This document shows positions 31,301 to 41,427 of a stretch of 64,000 nucleotides of DNA, piece after piece (position 1 is the first letter of the stretch; each line of letters begins with the position of its first letter). The stretch comes from Promethearchaeota archaeon. Its GTDB lineage: Archaea > Asgardarchaeota > Lokiarchaeia > Sigyniarchaeales > SOKP01. The DNA lies in contig JBHLNF010000003.1 of assembly GCA_048937405.1 (NCBI GenBank), positions 128,001 to 192,000 of the forward strand. Reading direction: 5' to 3'. The notes beneath the pieces were generated by a model, which was not told the DNA's origin, made no database searches, and saw only the letters and a program-made list of their open reading frames with translations. The position numbers and the translations under genes were made by a program.

Positions 31301-32051
31301 AAAAGCGAGAAATATTATATATGAAGATTATAAGGGATCGAATTATTTTGATGACAATGTAACATCAGTCTTAGTTCACTGTGAACACCCTTCAAACAAT
31401 ACAATTTGTAATTATATGCTTCAACTGAGTCTCCCCCTTTCAGCAAACTGGTCAATTATTGACGTTAAGAGCTTAACACTGTATATGAGAACTAGTGTAT
31501 ATGATTGGTTTGTTTGGATAGAGGATGGTGTAAAAGATGAGGTGGTATTAGAAGAGGCAGCACAATTTATACACGATAGTGGATATCTTATAATATTCTC
31601 CTTCACAAGATCTTTTATAAAATCCACTTTCAACACTTTATTAAATTTAATCGTTTTCATAACCAATGGTTTATTATTCTTATGTATAATTATTGCAATG
31701 ATAGGATTAACACTTCATAGTCTTCTTACAACTATGGCACGTAGGAGAGAAATCGGCATGCTTAGATCTATAGGATTAAGTAGAAAAGCTGTTATACGTT
31801 CAATATCGGGAGAATCATTAATTCTAGCAATCTTAGGTTTATTTGGTGGTATTACTGCAGGTCTAACTCTTGGGTCATTTATGGTGAGTTCAATACCTGG
31901 AGGGGGATTCCTTACTGTAACTTATACAGTTCCATGGTTAACGTTATTTATTTTAGTTTTGGTAGTATTAGTTACAGTAATTCTAAGTTCACGATATCCT
32001 GCAAAATGGGCCGCAAATTTGAATATAATAGATGCAGTCAGAACGAGGTAA
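28335..32051 (+). CDS. FtsX/MacB-family ABC transporter permease (duplicated, large extracellular loops)
   Basis: 'IALRNMKRRKLRYILT' start, two FtsX TM bundles with 'ETGMFQAIGASK' and 'RRREIGMLRSIGLSR', ending 'YPAKWAANLNIIDAVR'. Confidence 0.9.
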   Translation: MGVILKIALRNMKRRKLRYILTTITLVISVALFGGVLIVSDSFHQMMLNTFDEQLGTADILIRTTNSTDSWFDPDEIDLEIRNVEHVESVAYRISGYNIYVSSIDNGTQADNGISTGIYGINPQNRDEQKLGGTPYIIDSISNGETIEELLDYTHEITGDKVVVISESLKIQLGGNFTVNKSIWIYPNEGDELGQGYDPRNTGTWIEYTVVAIIRDTSEARDFDPEGTSTSSMMGLGLGPGIFANINNTHELVDGTENHTGEYTLGVVGVDNIYRISSVAENIQTQLTDLDDEKDWVVNDLKSDSIEQIDTSMSIMRTMFSLFGIIALILSIILMMNIFNIIKKEQEYETGMFQAIGASKSETFKMFLTQGIVMGIIGTSIGTMFSFLISYVIMSVTFQSLTEITSQFEGVTISNFEIILYPSTLIITFIVGFISCVLASLYPSWKASRKPIIECLNPIEEKSKREKRHYLKRIVFLILGGLLIYFGILLMDFGSESTFEVQSNTETPGGGSMVTGMFGPMFILFGMIWIMVLCIKPLNRMFTFFFSPYLQKTRLLTEKNILRHRRRTALTFTLITLTTSFLIGISVMMDSMRSGINTTINDFMGGDIRIFTYGTPKSFEDGIINQSGVDDAMGTTFQNAQIQMETELVGHSMLDDDWNKTITINVLDTTKVREHLTKSIIVSPEKMTLDEMMDEIEENNNIIIDEQFAKEYNVKVGDHLPINFSLGLDYANFTAFLYMDDYNANEVSLVVNMSVVAIVRSIQGFVSLDLFGMSEGKTYNMYISWDVYEEIASKNLPGGGTDLVFRQKENTGIPEVDNFLPSWFNFSTVETIMNSINGIDYYTTRMDYFTATFNGSVVDSKTSVVGIHTNSSGRLKSDSYFGNNSLIEQQLGYEGSTMEELLNKDENICVVDETFIKYHPSAKIGDNINIFSQDAIYDPYSPWTWPSFEIVGIIEAPTLYNAERYNWDASYETAFDVIGTNGSIYVNYEKARNIIYEDYKGSNYFDDNVTSVLVHCEHPSNNTICNYMLQLSLPLSANWSIIDVKSLTLYMRTSVYDWFVWIEDGVKDEVVLEEAAQFIHDSGYLIIFSFTRSFIKSTFNTLLNLIVFITNGLLFLCIIIAMIGLTLHSLLTTMARRREIGMLRSIGLSRKAVIRSISGESLILAILGLFGGITAGLTLGSFMVSSIPGGGFLTVTYTVPWLTLFILVLVVLVTVILSSRYPAKWAANLNIIDAVRTR

Positions 32052-32072
32052 TTTAAATTAAATTGAAAAGAG

Positions 32073-32882
32073 GTGTTAAAAATATCAATTAAAAAGAAAA
32101 AAGTAAGAATGAATAAGGAACAAAGATCTACAGCAAAAGCAGTAAGTATTGATCCTAATATAGTTCTTGAGGTACATGATCTTGTTAAAACTTATACTGT
32201 AGGAAATTCCGTAATAACAGCACTTAAAAAGGTTAACCTTAAAATTAGAAAAGGTGAGTTTCTTGCTGTTGTAGGACCATCAGGTTCAGGGAAAACAACT
32301 TTAATAAATTGTTTAGGTGCTCTCGATTTCCCAGATTCTGGTAAGATCATTTATAATGTGGACGCTAAAGGAATGGGCCTTGATATCACAGAAATGACAA
32401 ATAAGCAACACAAAAAAATGAGATTAAGAAAGATTGGATTAATATTCCAATTCTATAATCTTTTTCCAATCCTAACTGCTTATGAGAATGTTGAGCTTCC
32501 AATGGTAATTGACAAGAAAGATCCTAAATTAAGAAAAGAAAAGGTTAAAAATCTTTTAACAAGAATTGGTCTTGAGAAACGAATGGAACATTTACCAACA
32601 CAAATGTCTGGTGGAGAACAACAGAGAGTTACAATAGCTAGAGCTCTGGTTAACGATCCTCTAATCATTCTTGCTGATGAACCTACTGGTGAATTAGATA
32701 CTGAAACAACTACAAATATCATGAAAATCTTCCTTGATTTAAAGAACGCTGGTGAGTCGATTTTAATGGTTACACATAATATAAGGATAGCAGAAGTAGC
32801 AGATCGGATTATCACTCTTACTGATGGTCAATTTACAGGAGAAAAAGTTGGTGGAAAATCAATTGAAGATATTTACAAATAA
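32073..32882 (+). CDS. ABC transporter ATP-binding protein (LolD/MacB type)
   Basis: GPSGSGKTT, 'IFQFYNL', MSGGEQQRV, 'ILADEPTGELD', 'MVTHN'. The start could be ATG32109. Confidence 0.93.
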   Translation: MLKISIKKKKVRMNKEQRSTAKAVSIDPNIVLEVHDLVKTYTVGNSVITALKKVNLKIRKGEFLAVVGPSGSGKTTLINCLGALDFPDSGKIIYNVDAKGMGLDITEMTNKQHKKMRLRKIGLIFQFYNLFPILTAYENVELPMVIDKKDPKLRKEKVKNLLTRIGLEKRMEHLPTQMSGGEQQRVTIARALVNDPLIILADEPTGELDTETTTNIMKIFLDLKNAGESILMVTHNIRIAEVADRIITLTDGQFTGEKVGGKSIEDIYK

Positions 32883-32901
32883 TACAATAGAGGTTTAAAA
32901 A

Positions 32902-33660
32902 ATGAAAAAATCAAAAAAAAGTAAAGAAACTGTTTCAGTAATTCAAGAAACAAGAAATTATGATTTGAAACCAGATGCAATTATCCAAACATTTGATTTA
33001 ACTAAAATATATAATATTACAGAAGGTATTGAAATAAGAGCATTAAATGGGGTAAGTATTAGTATTAAAAAAGGTGAATTTATATCTGTTATGGGTCCCT
33101 CTGGGTCTGGAAAAACAACACTTTTAAATATGATTGGTGCTCTTGATAATCCTTCGAGTGGTGCCGTATTTATAAATGGGACGAATATCGCTCATATGGA
33201 AGATGAAAAACGCACAGAATTAAGACTTAAAGAGATAGGATTTATTTTTCAATTCTATAATTTAGTACCTGTACTTTCTGCTTATGAAAATGTAGAACTT
33301 CCAATGGTATTTGCAGGGAGACCTAAACAAAAAATAGAAGAAAATGTTAATAAATTTCTAGATCTTGTAGGATTAAGTAATAAAAAGGATCATCTGCCTT
33401 CAGAACTTTCAGGAGGAGAACAGCAGAGAGTTGCAATCGCACGCGCATTATGTAATGAGCCTTCTATTTTAATAGCTGACGAGCCAACAGGCGAACTTGA
33501 TACGAAAATGGGTATGGAAATTGTTAATTTACTTCGAGAACTCAATAAGGAGCTTAATCAATCTATTTTAATGGTTACTCATGATCCTATGATCGGTGCT
33601 CTTGCGGAAAGAATGCTAAAAATGAGAGACGGAAAAATAATCGAGATTATAAGCAAATAA
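32902..33660 (+). CDS. ABC transporter ATP-binding protein (LolD/MacB type), paralog
   Basis: GPSGSGKTT, LSGGEQQRV, 'IADEPTGELD', 'MVTHD'; GAGGT SD-like motif upstream. Confidence 0.93.
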   Translation: MKKSKKSKETVSVIQETRNYDLKPDAIIQTFDLTKIYNITEGIEIRALNGVSISIKKGEFISVMGPSGSGKTTLLNMIGALDNPSSGAVFINGTNIAHMEDEKRTELRLKEIGFIFQFYNLVPVLSAYENVELPMVFAGRPKQKIEENVNKFLDLVGLSNKKDHLPSELSGGEQQRVAIARALCNEPSILIADEPTGELDTKMGMEIVNLLRELNKELNQSILMVTHDPMIGALAERMLKMRDGKIIEIISK

Positions 33661-33838
33661 ATTTAAAATTATTTCTCATGCCATTCAAAAATAATCCGAA
33701 AATCTTTTAATTGTCAAAAAACGACACAAATCCAAATTTGTTTTTTATTTTTTTATTTTCACTTATATTTAAAATTTAATTGTAAACAAGTATTCTAAAT
33801 TATAAATTTAAATCATTTCTTCCTTAACGTGATTTGAA

Positions 33839-35086
33839 ATGCAAGAAAAAATTATTAAGGACAGTATATTAGAAAAGATGACTTTAGAAAATGTCTTCAA
33901 AATTTTTAACAGTAATATTTATCCAATGCTAAAAGATGAAGATATTCAGTTTTGCGAAGAGTTAGAGAATTTTTGTTTAGAACTTCATCCTAAAATTGAT
34001 AAAAGTCAAGATGTTTATAGTTTAATACCAAAACTAGGTAAGTATGGATATATACAGCGTATAAATCAATATAAGGATTTCACACCCTTTGGGATAAAGA
34101 AGGAAGTACTCTTAGCTGCAATAATGTCTCTATGTGATCCTCAATTAGAATTCGCTCGAATAGCAAGTGGAAATCTTTGTGGGAATCCCACCTTTCACTA
34201 TGGGAAAACAGAAGAGATTTTTAAGGTACAAGAAGAACTTATGACAGGGAAAGCAATAGGGAGTATTTGTATAACTGAACCTGATAGAGGATCAGATGCT
34301 GTGAATTTAAATACAACTTGCACTAAAACGGATGATGGAATTATCTTTAATGGTGAAAAAGTTTTTACCACTAATGGTCCTAAATCAAAATACTTTGTTA
34401 GTTATGGTGTTTATGATACTAAAAATCCCAGAGATACTATGGTCCAAGGGATGGTCTCTAGAGATTTTGGAGGTGTAGAAACAAAAAGATTAAAAATTAA
34501 TTCTGTTCCTCGTGTTCATATTGCTCATACTATATTAGATAATGTGAAGGTGCCGATGGAATATATTTTAGGTGATAATGGAAAAGGATATCATAATCTT
34601 TTTGGTGGTTTAGTACCAGAGCGTCTTGGATTAATGGGAAGTGCTCTTGGTAGATGTTGGTCAGCATTAATTTATGGTTTAATTTATACTAATCTCCGAA
34701 AACAATTTGGGAAACCCATTATACAACACCAAGGAGTAGGATTTGGATTTGCTGACCTATTGGCAAAAAATACTGCTGCTGCTTCATTAGCTTTACAAGC
34801 AGCAACAATTTATGATGAGAAAATATTATTTGCTGAGAAACCTTCAAAAGAAGCAGAAAAATGGGTTGCTGGTGTATCTTCTCAAGGAAAGTATTTTGTA
34901 TCAAAACTCTCACATGAAACTTGCTACGAAGTCCAACAACAAATGGGGGGTATTTCTATCACAGATAATACTCCATTAAATGAATTAATGGATGTAAGTA
35001 AAACTGAAGAATTTATTGGTGGAGCAAGAAACATACAATTGTTAATTATCCAGGGTGGACTTCGAAGAATAATGAGCAATCTTTAA
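33839..35086 (+). CDS. Acyl-CoA dehydrogenase family protein
   Basis: 'ICITEPDRGSDA', 'FNGEKVFTTNG', 'RKQFGKPIIQHQGV', 'QQMGG', 'IGGARNIQ'. Confidence 0.9.
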   Translation: MQEKIIKDSILEKMTLENVFKIFNSNIYPMLKDEDIQFCEELENFCLELHPKIDKSQDVYSLIPKLGKYGYIQRINQYKDFTPFGIKKEVLLAAIMSLCDPQLEFARIASGNLCGNPTFHYGKTEEIFKVQEELMTGKAIGSICITEPDRGSDAVNLNTTCTKTDDGIIFNGEKVFTTNGPKSKYFVSYGVYDTKNPRDTMVQGMVSRDFGGVETKRLKINSVPRVHIAHTILDNVKVPMEYILGDNGKGYHNLFGGLVPERLGLMGSALGRCWSALIYGLIYTNLRKQFGKPIIQHQGVGFGFADLLAKNTAAASLALQAATIYDEKILFAEKPSKEAEKWVAGVSSQGKYFVSKLSHETCYEVQQQMGGISITDNTPLNELMDVSKTEEFIGGARNIQLLIIQGGLRRIMSNL

Positions 35087-35612
35087 TTAATAATTTTTTA
35101 TCTTTTTATAATCTAATGATAATTCTCCTATTTTTGAATCATGAGGAAAATTTTTAATGTGAAATAGTAAAATAATTAAATTTCATTGTTATAAAATGAT
35201 ATCATTTAATAGTATCAACAAATGAGTTATCAAATAAGTTAATTATTAGATTTAATATATTTATACTTAAGTTTGCCAAATCACTTAATTTATAGCATAA
35301 TTGAATTATGATAATAATCATTGATGAGTTTATTATTGCTGTTCTTTCTGATAAAGTTGTCAAAAATGAGAGAACATCATATAATTAAATCTAAATATTC
35401 TTATATAAGAATTTTTACACATTAATATATTCTTCAAAATTAAAAAATCTTTATGATAACAAATTTAGAAAATTCTCCGAAATTCTAATTCATATAAGCA
35501 AATAGATATTATTAAAAATAAAAATGACTATATTTTATCACAGGGAATTTTACTATATTTAGTTACTAATAATTCTATTAAATCTATAGAAAGAGAGTTC
35601 TATTACTTTAAG

Positions 35613-35948
35613 ATGTTTTTGATGATTGGGGATATAAAATGTGAATTCAATGAGTCTATTGAAAAATTTAGGTTATTTTCAGAAAAATCCCTCATCGGTA
35701 CAATTATAATCCAGGATGGTATATTTAAGTATTTTGATGAATTAATAGCTGAAATTTTTGGTTGTACGCTAGAGGAAATGAAAAGTTGGGCTCCTCATAA
35801 ATGATTAAGATTTATTTTTCCTAAAGATAAGATCTTATAGCGGAACAAGCGTACAGAAAAAAATCGGTTGATTCAGATATTGTTAATCAGAATATTTAGT
35901 ATAGTACAGAAAGATGAAGGTATTAGATGACTTGATATTTTCTCAAAA
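35613..35948 (+). pseudogene. Decayed N-terminal PAS domain of histidine kinase 1
   Basis: Collinear with the N-terminal PAS of 41428..43335 ('EKSL.G..I.QDG.F.YF', 'SWAP', 'EQA..K', 'N.Q', 'IR*L.IFSK'), but broken by TGA at 35802 and 35928 and by frameshifts near 35830 and 35890. Confidence 0.8.
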
Positions 35949-38288
35949 ATGATAAGTTATGAAGTATGTCTCTCATATTTAGTAATAATTAATGATATTA
36001 GCTATAAGGTAAAAGGTGAGCAAAAAATAAAATCTTCTGAAGAAAAATATCTAAACATTCTCGAGAATATGATGGATGGATATTATGAAACAGATCTTGA
36101 CGGTAAATTGCTTTATGTGAATACTGCATTTTGTAAAATTTTAGGATATTCAAAAGAAGAATTGATAGGAAAGGATAATCAAACATTTTATGATAAACAT
36201 TCACGAGATATTTTGTACAATATATTCTCCCAAGTATATAAAACAAGAACTCCTCGTCCTCCCTCAGGATTAGTTAAATTGATGACACTTAAGAAGAAGC
36301 TTATTTATTTAGAAGGTACAGTTGATTTATTATACGATTCTGAAGGTAATAAGGCCGGATTTTATGGTGTTGTTCGTGATATCACACAAAGGAAAATTGC
36401 TGAGCAAAAATTGAAAGAATCTGAAGAAAAATTCAGAAATATCGCAGATAATTCAGTATTAGGGATAACTATGATACAAGATGGCATATATAAATATTTC
36501 AATAACAGAGTTAATGAAATTAGTGGCTACTCTGCAGAAGATATTAAAAGCTGGGCTCCTAATGAATTTGCTAAAACAATTTATCCTGAAGATCGAGAAT
36601 TTGTAATGACACAAGCACGTAAGAAACAAACAGATGATCCTAATGTTGTCAATCAATACTCACACCGAATAATAAGGAAAGATGGGGAGATCAGATGGCT
36701 TGAAATTCTCTCGAAAACTATAAATTATGAAGGACGTCCAGCAGATTTAGCAATGGTCATTGACATTACTGATAAAATAAAAGCTGAAAGGCAATTAAGA
36801 GATTCAGAGGAAAAATTTTCTAAAGCATTCAATTCAAATATTTTATCTATGAGTATATCATCCTTTGAAGATGGTAAATTCATTGAAGTAAATGATGCTT
36901 TTTTAAAGTTTTTAGGTCGTTCTAGAGAAGAAGTTATTGGTAAAACGACTGATGAGCTAGGCTTATGGGTCAATGAAAAAGTGCGGAAAAGATTTTTAAG
37001 AATTATTGATAAACATGGAAGTCTATTTAATATAGAAACCAAAGATATACCAAGAACAGGAGAACCTAAATATGGATTAGTCTCTTATATTAAAATCATC
37101 CTTAATGAGAAACCCTTTCTTCTTAGTATTCTAAATAACATAACTCCCAGGAAATTAGCTGAGCAGCAATTAAAAGAATCAGAAGAAAAATTTAGATATA
37201 TCGCAGATCATTCATTATTGGGGATAACTATCCTACAAGATGGAGTATTAAAATATTATAATAAAAAAGTTGCTGAAACTTTTGGAGTGTCAGAAGAAGA
37301 GATTAAAAATTGGGGTCCTGGAGAATCATTAAAACTTATACATCCTGATGATCGCGATATTGTAAGGCGACAAGCAATTAAAGTACAAAACGGTGAATTT
37401 GATGATGTATTGAACTATAAATATAGAATAGTAAAGAAGGATGGAAAAATTGGATGGCGTGAAACTTTCTCGAAATCAATAATTTATGAAGGTCACCCAG
37501 CAGCTTTTGGAATTCATATTGATATTACAGAAAAGATCGAAGCTGAAAAGAAGCTAAAAGAATCCAAGGAAAAATATCTTCGAGCATATAATCAGGCAGA
37601 ATTTTATAAAGACCTTTTTATCCATGATATAAATAATACTCTCCAAAGTCTATATTCCTCTATCCAATTAATCGATATGGGCCTTGATGGGATTAGAGAA
37701 AATAATGATACTAGAGAACTCATAGATATTATGGATAGGCAGATCAAAAGAGGGATAAAGTTAATTTCTAATGTTCGTAAATTATCTCAATTGGAAGATC
37801 ATAAGATTTCCATTGAGGAAGTTAATGTCTTTAAGGTTTTAAAGCGATCTATAGAATTTTTAAAGAATTCATTTCAAGATAGGAAAATTAAAATAAAATG
37901 TGATACAATTAATAAGAAGTCCTTATTACTTGGTAATGATTTGCTTCAAGATGTATTCGAGAATATTCTAATCAACTCAGTTAGGCATAATAAAAATGAT
38001 GTTGTAGAAATAATAATAAGAACTTCACAAGTAGATCAGGATGGTACGACCTACTGTAAACTTGAATTTATTGACAATGGCATCGGGATTGAGGATGAGC
38101 GAAAGGAAAGTGTATTAACTCGTGGAGATCCAAATTCTAAAACTACATATGGGATGGGATTGGGTTTATCTTTAGTCAAAAAAATTATCGAGACTTATGG
38201 TGGAAAAATCTGGATTGAAGATAAAGTTAAAGGTGACTATTCTAAGGGAACTAATGTCATTTTATTAGTACAAAAAGGTGGTTATTGA
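35949..38288 (+). CDS. Soluble multi-PAS sensor histidine kinase (HK1; four intact PAS domains)
   Basis: PAS repeats joined by 'LKESEEKF' linkers; H-box 'DLFIHDINN', N-box 'VFENILINSVRH', 'FIDNGIGI', 'GMGLGLSLV'. No TM segment. The start is uncertain because the upstream PAS has decayed. Confidence 0.9.
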   Translation: MISYEVCLSYLVIINDISYKVKGEQKIKSSEEKYLNILENMMDGYYETDLDGKLLYVNTAFCKILGYSKEELIGKDNQTFYDKHSRDILYNIFSQVYKTRTPRPPSGLVKLMTLKKKLIYLEGTVDLLYDSEGNKAGFYGVVRDITQRKIAEQKLKESEEKFRNIADNSVLGITMIQDGIYKYFNNRVNEISGYSAEDIKSWAPNEFAKTIYPEDREFVMTQARKKQTDDPNVVNQYSHRIIRKDGEIRWLEILSKTINYEGRPADLAMVIDITDKIKAERQLRDSEEKFSKAFNSNILSMSISSFEDGKFIEVNDAFLKFLGRSREEVIGKTTDELGLWVNEKVRKRFLRIIDKHGSLFNIETKDIPRTGEPKYGLVSYIKIILNEKPFLLSILNNITPRKLAEQQLKESEEKFRYIADHSLLGITILQDGVLKYYNKKVAETFGVSEEEIKNWGPGESLKLIHPDDRDIVRRQAIKVQNGEFDDVLNYKYRIVKKDGKIGWRETFSKSIIYEGHPAAFGIHIDITEKIEAEKKLKESKEKYLRAYNQAEFYKDLFIHDINNTLQSLYSSIQLIDMGLDGIRENNDTRELIDIMDRQIKRGIKLISNVRKLSQLEDHKISIEEVNVFKVLKRSIEFLKNSFQDRKIKIKCDTINKKSLLLGNDLLQDVFENILINSVRHNKNDVVEIIIRTSQVDQDGTTYCKLEFIDNGIGIEDERKESVLTRGDPNSKTTYGMGLGLSLVKKIIETYGGKIWIEDKVKGDYSKGTNVILLVQKGGY

Positions 38289-38659
38289 TAAATATTTCAA
38301 TTCTAATAGTTGATGATGATACAGATATTTTATTTTTGTATCAAAAAATGATAGAACGTATTGGGTTTGAGGTAATGGGAATAGCTCTTAATGGAGAAGA
38401 AGCTGTACAACTATTTAAATCATTTCAAAGAAAACCTGATATAATTCTGATGGATCATCGGATGCCAAAGAAAAATGGTCTTGAGGCTACAAAAGAGATT
38501 TTAAGTATAAACAATAACTCCAAAATTATTTTTGCGAGTGCGGATAAAAGTGTTGAAAAGGAAGCCCTTTCAGTTGGAGCCATAAGCTTCAAAGAGAAAC
38601 CATTTAGCATGGAAAACCTGAAAAATAATATTCTAAAAGCCATGAATCTAACACAATAA
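38285..38659 (+). CDS. Stand-alone CheY-like response regulator (RR1)
   Basis: 'ILIVDDD', 'PDIILMDHRMP', 'IIFASAD', 'EKPF'; TTG start overlapping the HK1 TGA stop. Confidence 0.92.
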   Translation: MINISILIVDDDTDILFLYQKMIERIGFEVMGIALNGEEAVQLFKSFQRKPDIILMDHRMPKKNGLEATKEILSINNNSKIIFASADKSVEKEALSVGAISFKEKPFSMENLKNNILKAMNLTQ

Positions 38660-39088
38660 CTTCAGATAAATTAGCTTATAGAAATTCTATTTATTTTATC
38701 AACAGTAATTTGATAATATGAAGAGGTATAACATGCTAAATCTTAAAATAAAGGATTTATTTGATCTTACCAAGTTTCTTACTATTTATACCACCTTTAA
38801 TGAGAAAATTATTACAGATATTACTATTCAATGATCTAATCGTGATTAAGAAATTATTGAAACCATAATTATTAATTATTATATTCATGTATTTTTTTGA
38901 CTTTAAAATCTTAAAATTTGTCAATTATTATGATTCTATAAGATTCCTTATTCTTTTGAAATTATAAAATAAAACGATATTCTTAAAAATATATTCTTCT
39001 ATATTTAATTCAGTTAATTTTGCTTTAATTTAGTTACCACATCAAAAGTAAATACAAAGTAAAACAGTAGACTGTTGAGGCTTCTCAG

Positions 39089-40615
39089 ATGATAAATGAT
39101 TCAAATGATGACTTAAATCGATTAATTGAAAACTTTAAGATCATTTCTGAACAGTCTCTCTTTGGGATAATAATAATACAGGATGGTAAATTAAAATATT
39201 TTAATAAGAGAGTATCTGAAACTTCTGGGTATTCAAAAGAAGAGATTGAAAGTTGGGCTCCTAATGATTTTCTTAATACTATCCATCCTGAAGATCGGGA
39301 ATTCGTCGCGGAACAAGCACGTAAAAGGCAATTAGCTGATCCAGATGTTATCGATCAATATAAATATAGAACAATAAGAAAGAACGGAGAGATAGCATGG
39401 ATTGAAATCTTCACGAAAACAGTAAATTATGAAGGTCGTCCAGCCATTTTAGCAATGACTTATAACATTACTGAAAAAGTTAAAGCAGAACAGCAACTTA
39501 AGGAATCAGAAGAAAAATTTTCTAAGGCATTTAATTCTAATGCATTAGCAATGTGTATAACTACTTTTAAAGAAGGTATAGTGATTGAAGCAAACAAAGC
39601 CTTTTTAGATATTTTAGATATTTCTGAGAACGATTTTAAGGGTAAAACAATATTAGAATTAGGCGGATGGGGTTCTGATCAAAGTTGGAGAGAAACTGCA
39701 TTGAAAACTTTAGAGAATAAAGGAATGATTCTTAATTTCGAATCCGAAATTATATCACCTACAGGAACAGGAGAAAGTAAATTTGGTCTATTTTCATTTG
39801 TTAAAATTGAGCTTAATAAAAAGCCTTTTGTTCTTACTATTATAAACGATATTACTCGCTTAAAACTAGCTGAAAGAAAGTTAAAAGACTCAAAGGAGAA
39901 ATATCTTCGAGCATATAATCAGGCAGAATTTTATAAAGATCTCTTTATCCACGATATAAATAATACTCTCCAGAGTCTTTATTCCTCTATCCAATTAATC
40001 GATATGGACTTAGAAGACAGTAGAAAAAATAATAATATTAAAGAACTCATCGATATTGTATATAGACAGATTAATAGAGGTACAAAATTAGTTTCTAATG
40101 TTCGCAAATTATCTCAATTGGAAGAGCATGAAATCTCCATTGAGGAAGTTGAACTATTTGATTTTTTAAATCGATCCATAGAGTTTTTAAAGAATTCATT
40201 TCAAGAGAGGAAAATTCAAATTAATATTGATATAATTAACGAGAAGATCTTAGTAAGAGGTAATGAGTTACTTCAAGATGTATTCGAAAATATTCTTATC
40301 AACTCAGTTAGGCATAATAATAATGATATTGTAGAAATAATAATAAAAACTTCACAAGTAGAACAGGATGGTACGACCTTCTATAAACTTGAATTTATTG
40401 ACAATGGCATCGGGATTGAGGATGAGCGTAAGGAAAGTGTTTTATCTCGGGTATATTCCGATTCAAAAACTACGTATGGAATGGGATTAGGCTTAACATT
40501 AGTTAAAAAAATTATTGAGAATTATGGTGGAAAAATCTGGATTGAAGATAAAGTTGAAGGTGACTATTCTAAAGGAACTAATGTCATTTTATTAATACAA
40601 AAAGGTGGTTCTTAA
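39089..40615 (+). CDS. Soluble PAS histidine kinase (HK2; two PAS domains)
   Basis: Same kinase core motifs as HK1. Confidence 0.92.
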   Translation: MINDSNDDLNRLIENFKIISEQSLFGIIIIQDGKLKYFNKRVSETSGYSKEEIESWAPNDFLNTIHPEDREFVAEQARKRQLADPDVIDQYKYRTIRKNGEIAWIEIFTKTVNYEGRPAILAMTYNITEKVKAEQQLKESEEKFSKAFNSNALAMCITTFKEGIVIEANKAFLDILDISENDFKGKTILELGGWGSDQSWRETALKTLENKGMILNFESEIISPTGTGESKFGLFSFVKIELNKKPFVLTIINDITRLKLAERKLKDSKEKYLRAYNQAEFYKDLFIHDINNTLQSLYSSIQLIDMDLEDSRKNNNIKELIDIVYRQINRGTKLVSNVRKLSQLEEHEISIEEVELFDFLNRSIEFLKNSFQERKIQINIDIINEKILVRGNELLQDVFENILINSVRHNNNDIVEIIIKTSQVEQDGTTFYKLEFIDNGIGIEDERKESVLSRVYSDSKTTYGMGLGLTLVKKIIENYGGKIWIEDKVEGDYSKGTNVILLIQKGGS

Positions 40616-40986
40616 TAACTATTTCAATTCTAATAGTTGATGATGATACAGACATTCTATTTCTGTATCAAAAAATGATAGAACATATTGGTTTTGAGGT
40701 AGTAGGAATAGCTCATAATGGTGAAAAAGCAGTAGAACTGTATAAATCGCTTCAAAGAAAACCTGATATAATTTTGATGGATCATCGGATGCCAAAGAAA
40801 AATGGTGTTGAAGCCACAAAAGAGATCTTAAGCATATGTAATTATACTAGAATTATTTTTACGAGTGCTGATAAAAGTGTTGAAAAGGAAGCCCTTTCAA
40901 TTGGGGCTGTAAGTTTTTTAGAAAAACCCTTTAGTTTGGAAAGATTAAGGATGAGTATTTTAAATGCCACAAATTTAATTCAGTAA
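40612..40986 (+). CDS. Stand-alone response regulator (RR2); ancestral TTG start changed to TTA
   Basis: The frame extends 63 nt upstream of ATG40675 as (L)ITISILIVDDDTDILFLYQKM, matching the N-termini of RR1 and RR3. Confidence 0.8.
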   Translation, partial: LITISILIVDDDTDILFLYQKMIEHIGFEVVGIAHNGEKAVELYKSLQRKPDIILMDHRMPKKNGVEATKEILSICNYTRIIFTSADKSVEKEALSIGAVSFLEKPFSLERLRMSILNATNLIQ

Positions 40987-41008
40987 ATATAATAAAAGAG
41001 AATATTCT

Positions 41009-41083
41009 TTATTTGTTTATATTTTTTATCCCTTGATGATTAGGACAGATTTTTCTACAAATATTACAAGTTAAAAAATAATA
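41009..41083 (-). pseudogene. 3'-end relic of a QueG-like 4Fe-4S protein gene
   Basis: The minus strand reads YYFLTCNICRKICPNHQGIKNINK*, nearly identical to the end of the 43729..44121 relic. Confidence 0.65.
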
Positions 41084-41427
41084 TTAAGTTTTCAACTACA
41101 ATAAATCATCCCAAATCATCATAATGTTCTCATATGAGCTTAAAATTGGTTTTCTTGTTGAAAATACTATAAAAATATGATATGACAAAATTCCTGTTCT
41201 CCAAATCTCTAAGAAGAAAATTTGAATAATTTTTTATTAAACTCAAAGCTGAAAAGTTTTTTCATGAGTTCTATAAAATTCTTGAAAATACCTTCCCTTT
41301 TAATAAATACATATTATTAAAAAGCATTTTTTCTATATTAATCATAATTGATTTTTCCTTATCTATTTACTTTATCTGTTTTAAATCTAGAGGTAAAACT
41401 TTCTAATATATTAAAGTGAATTAGATT

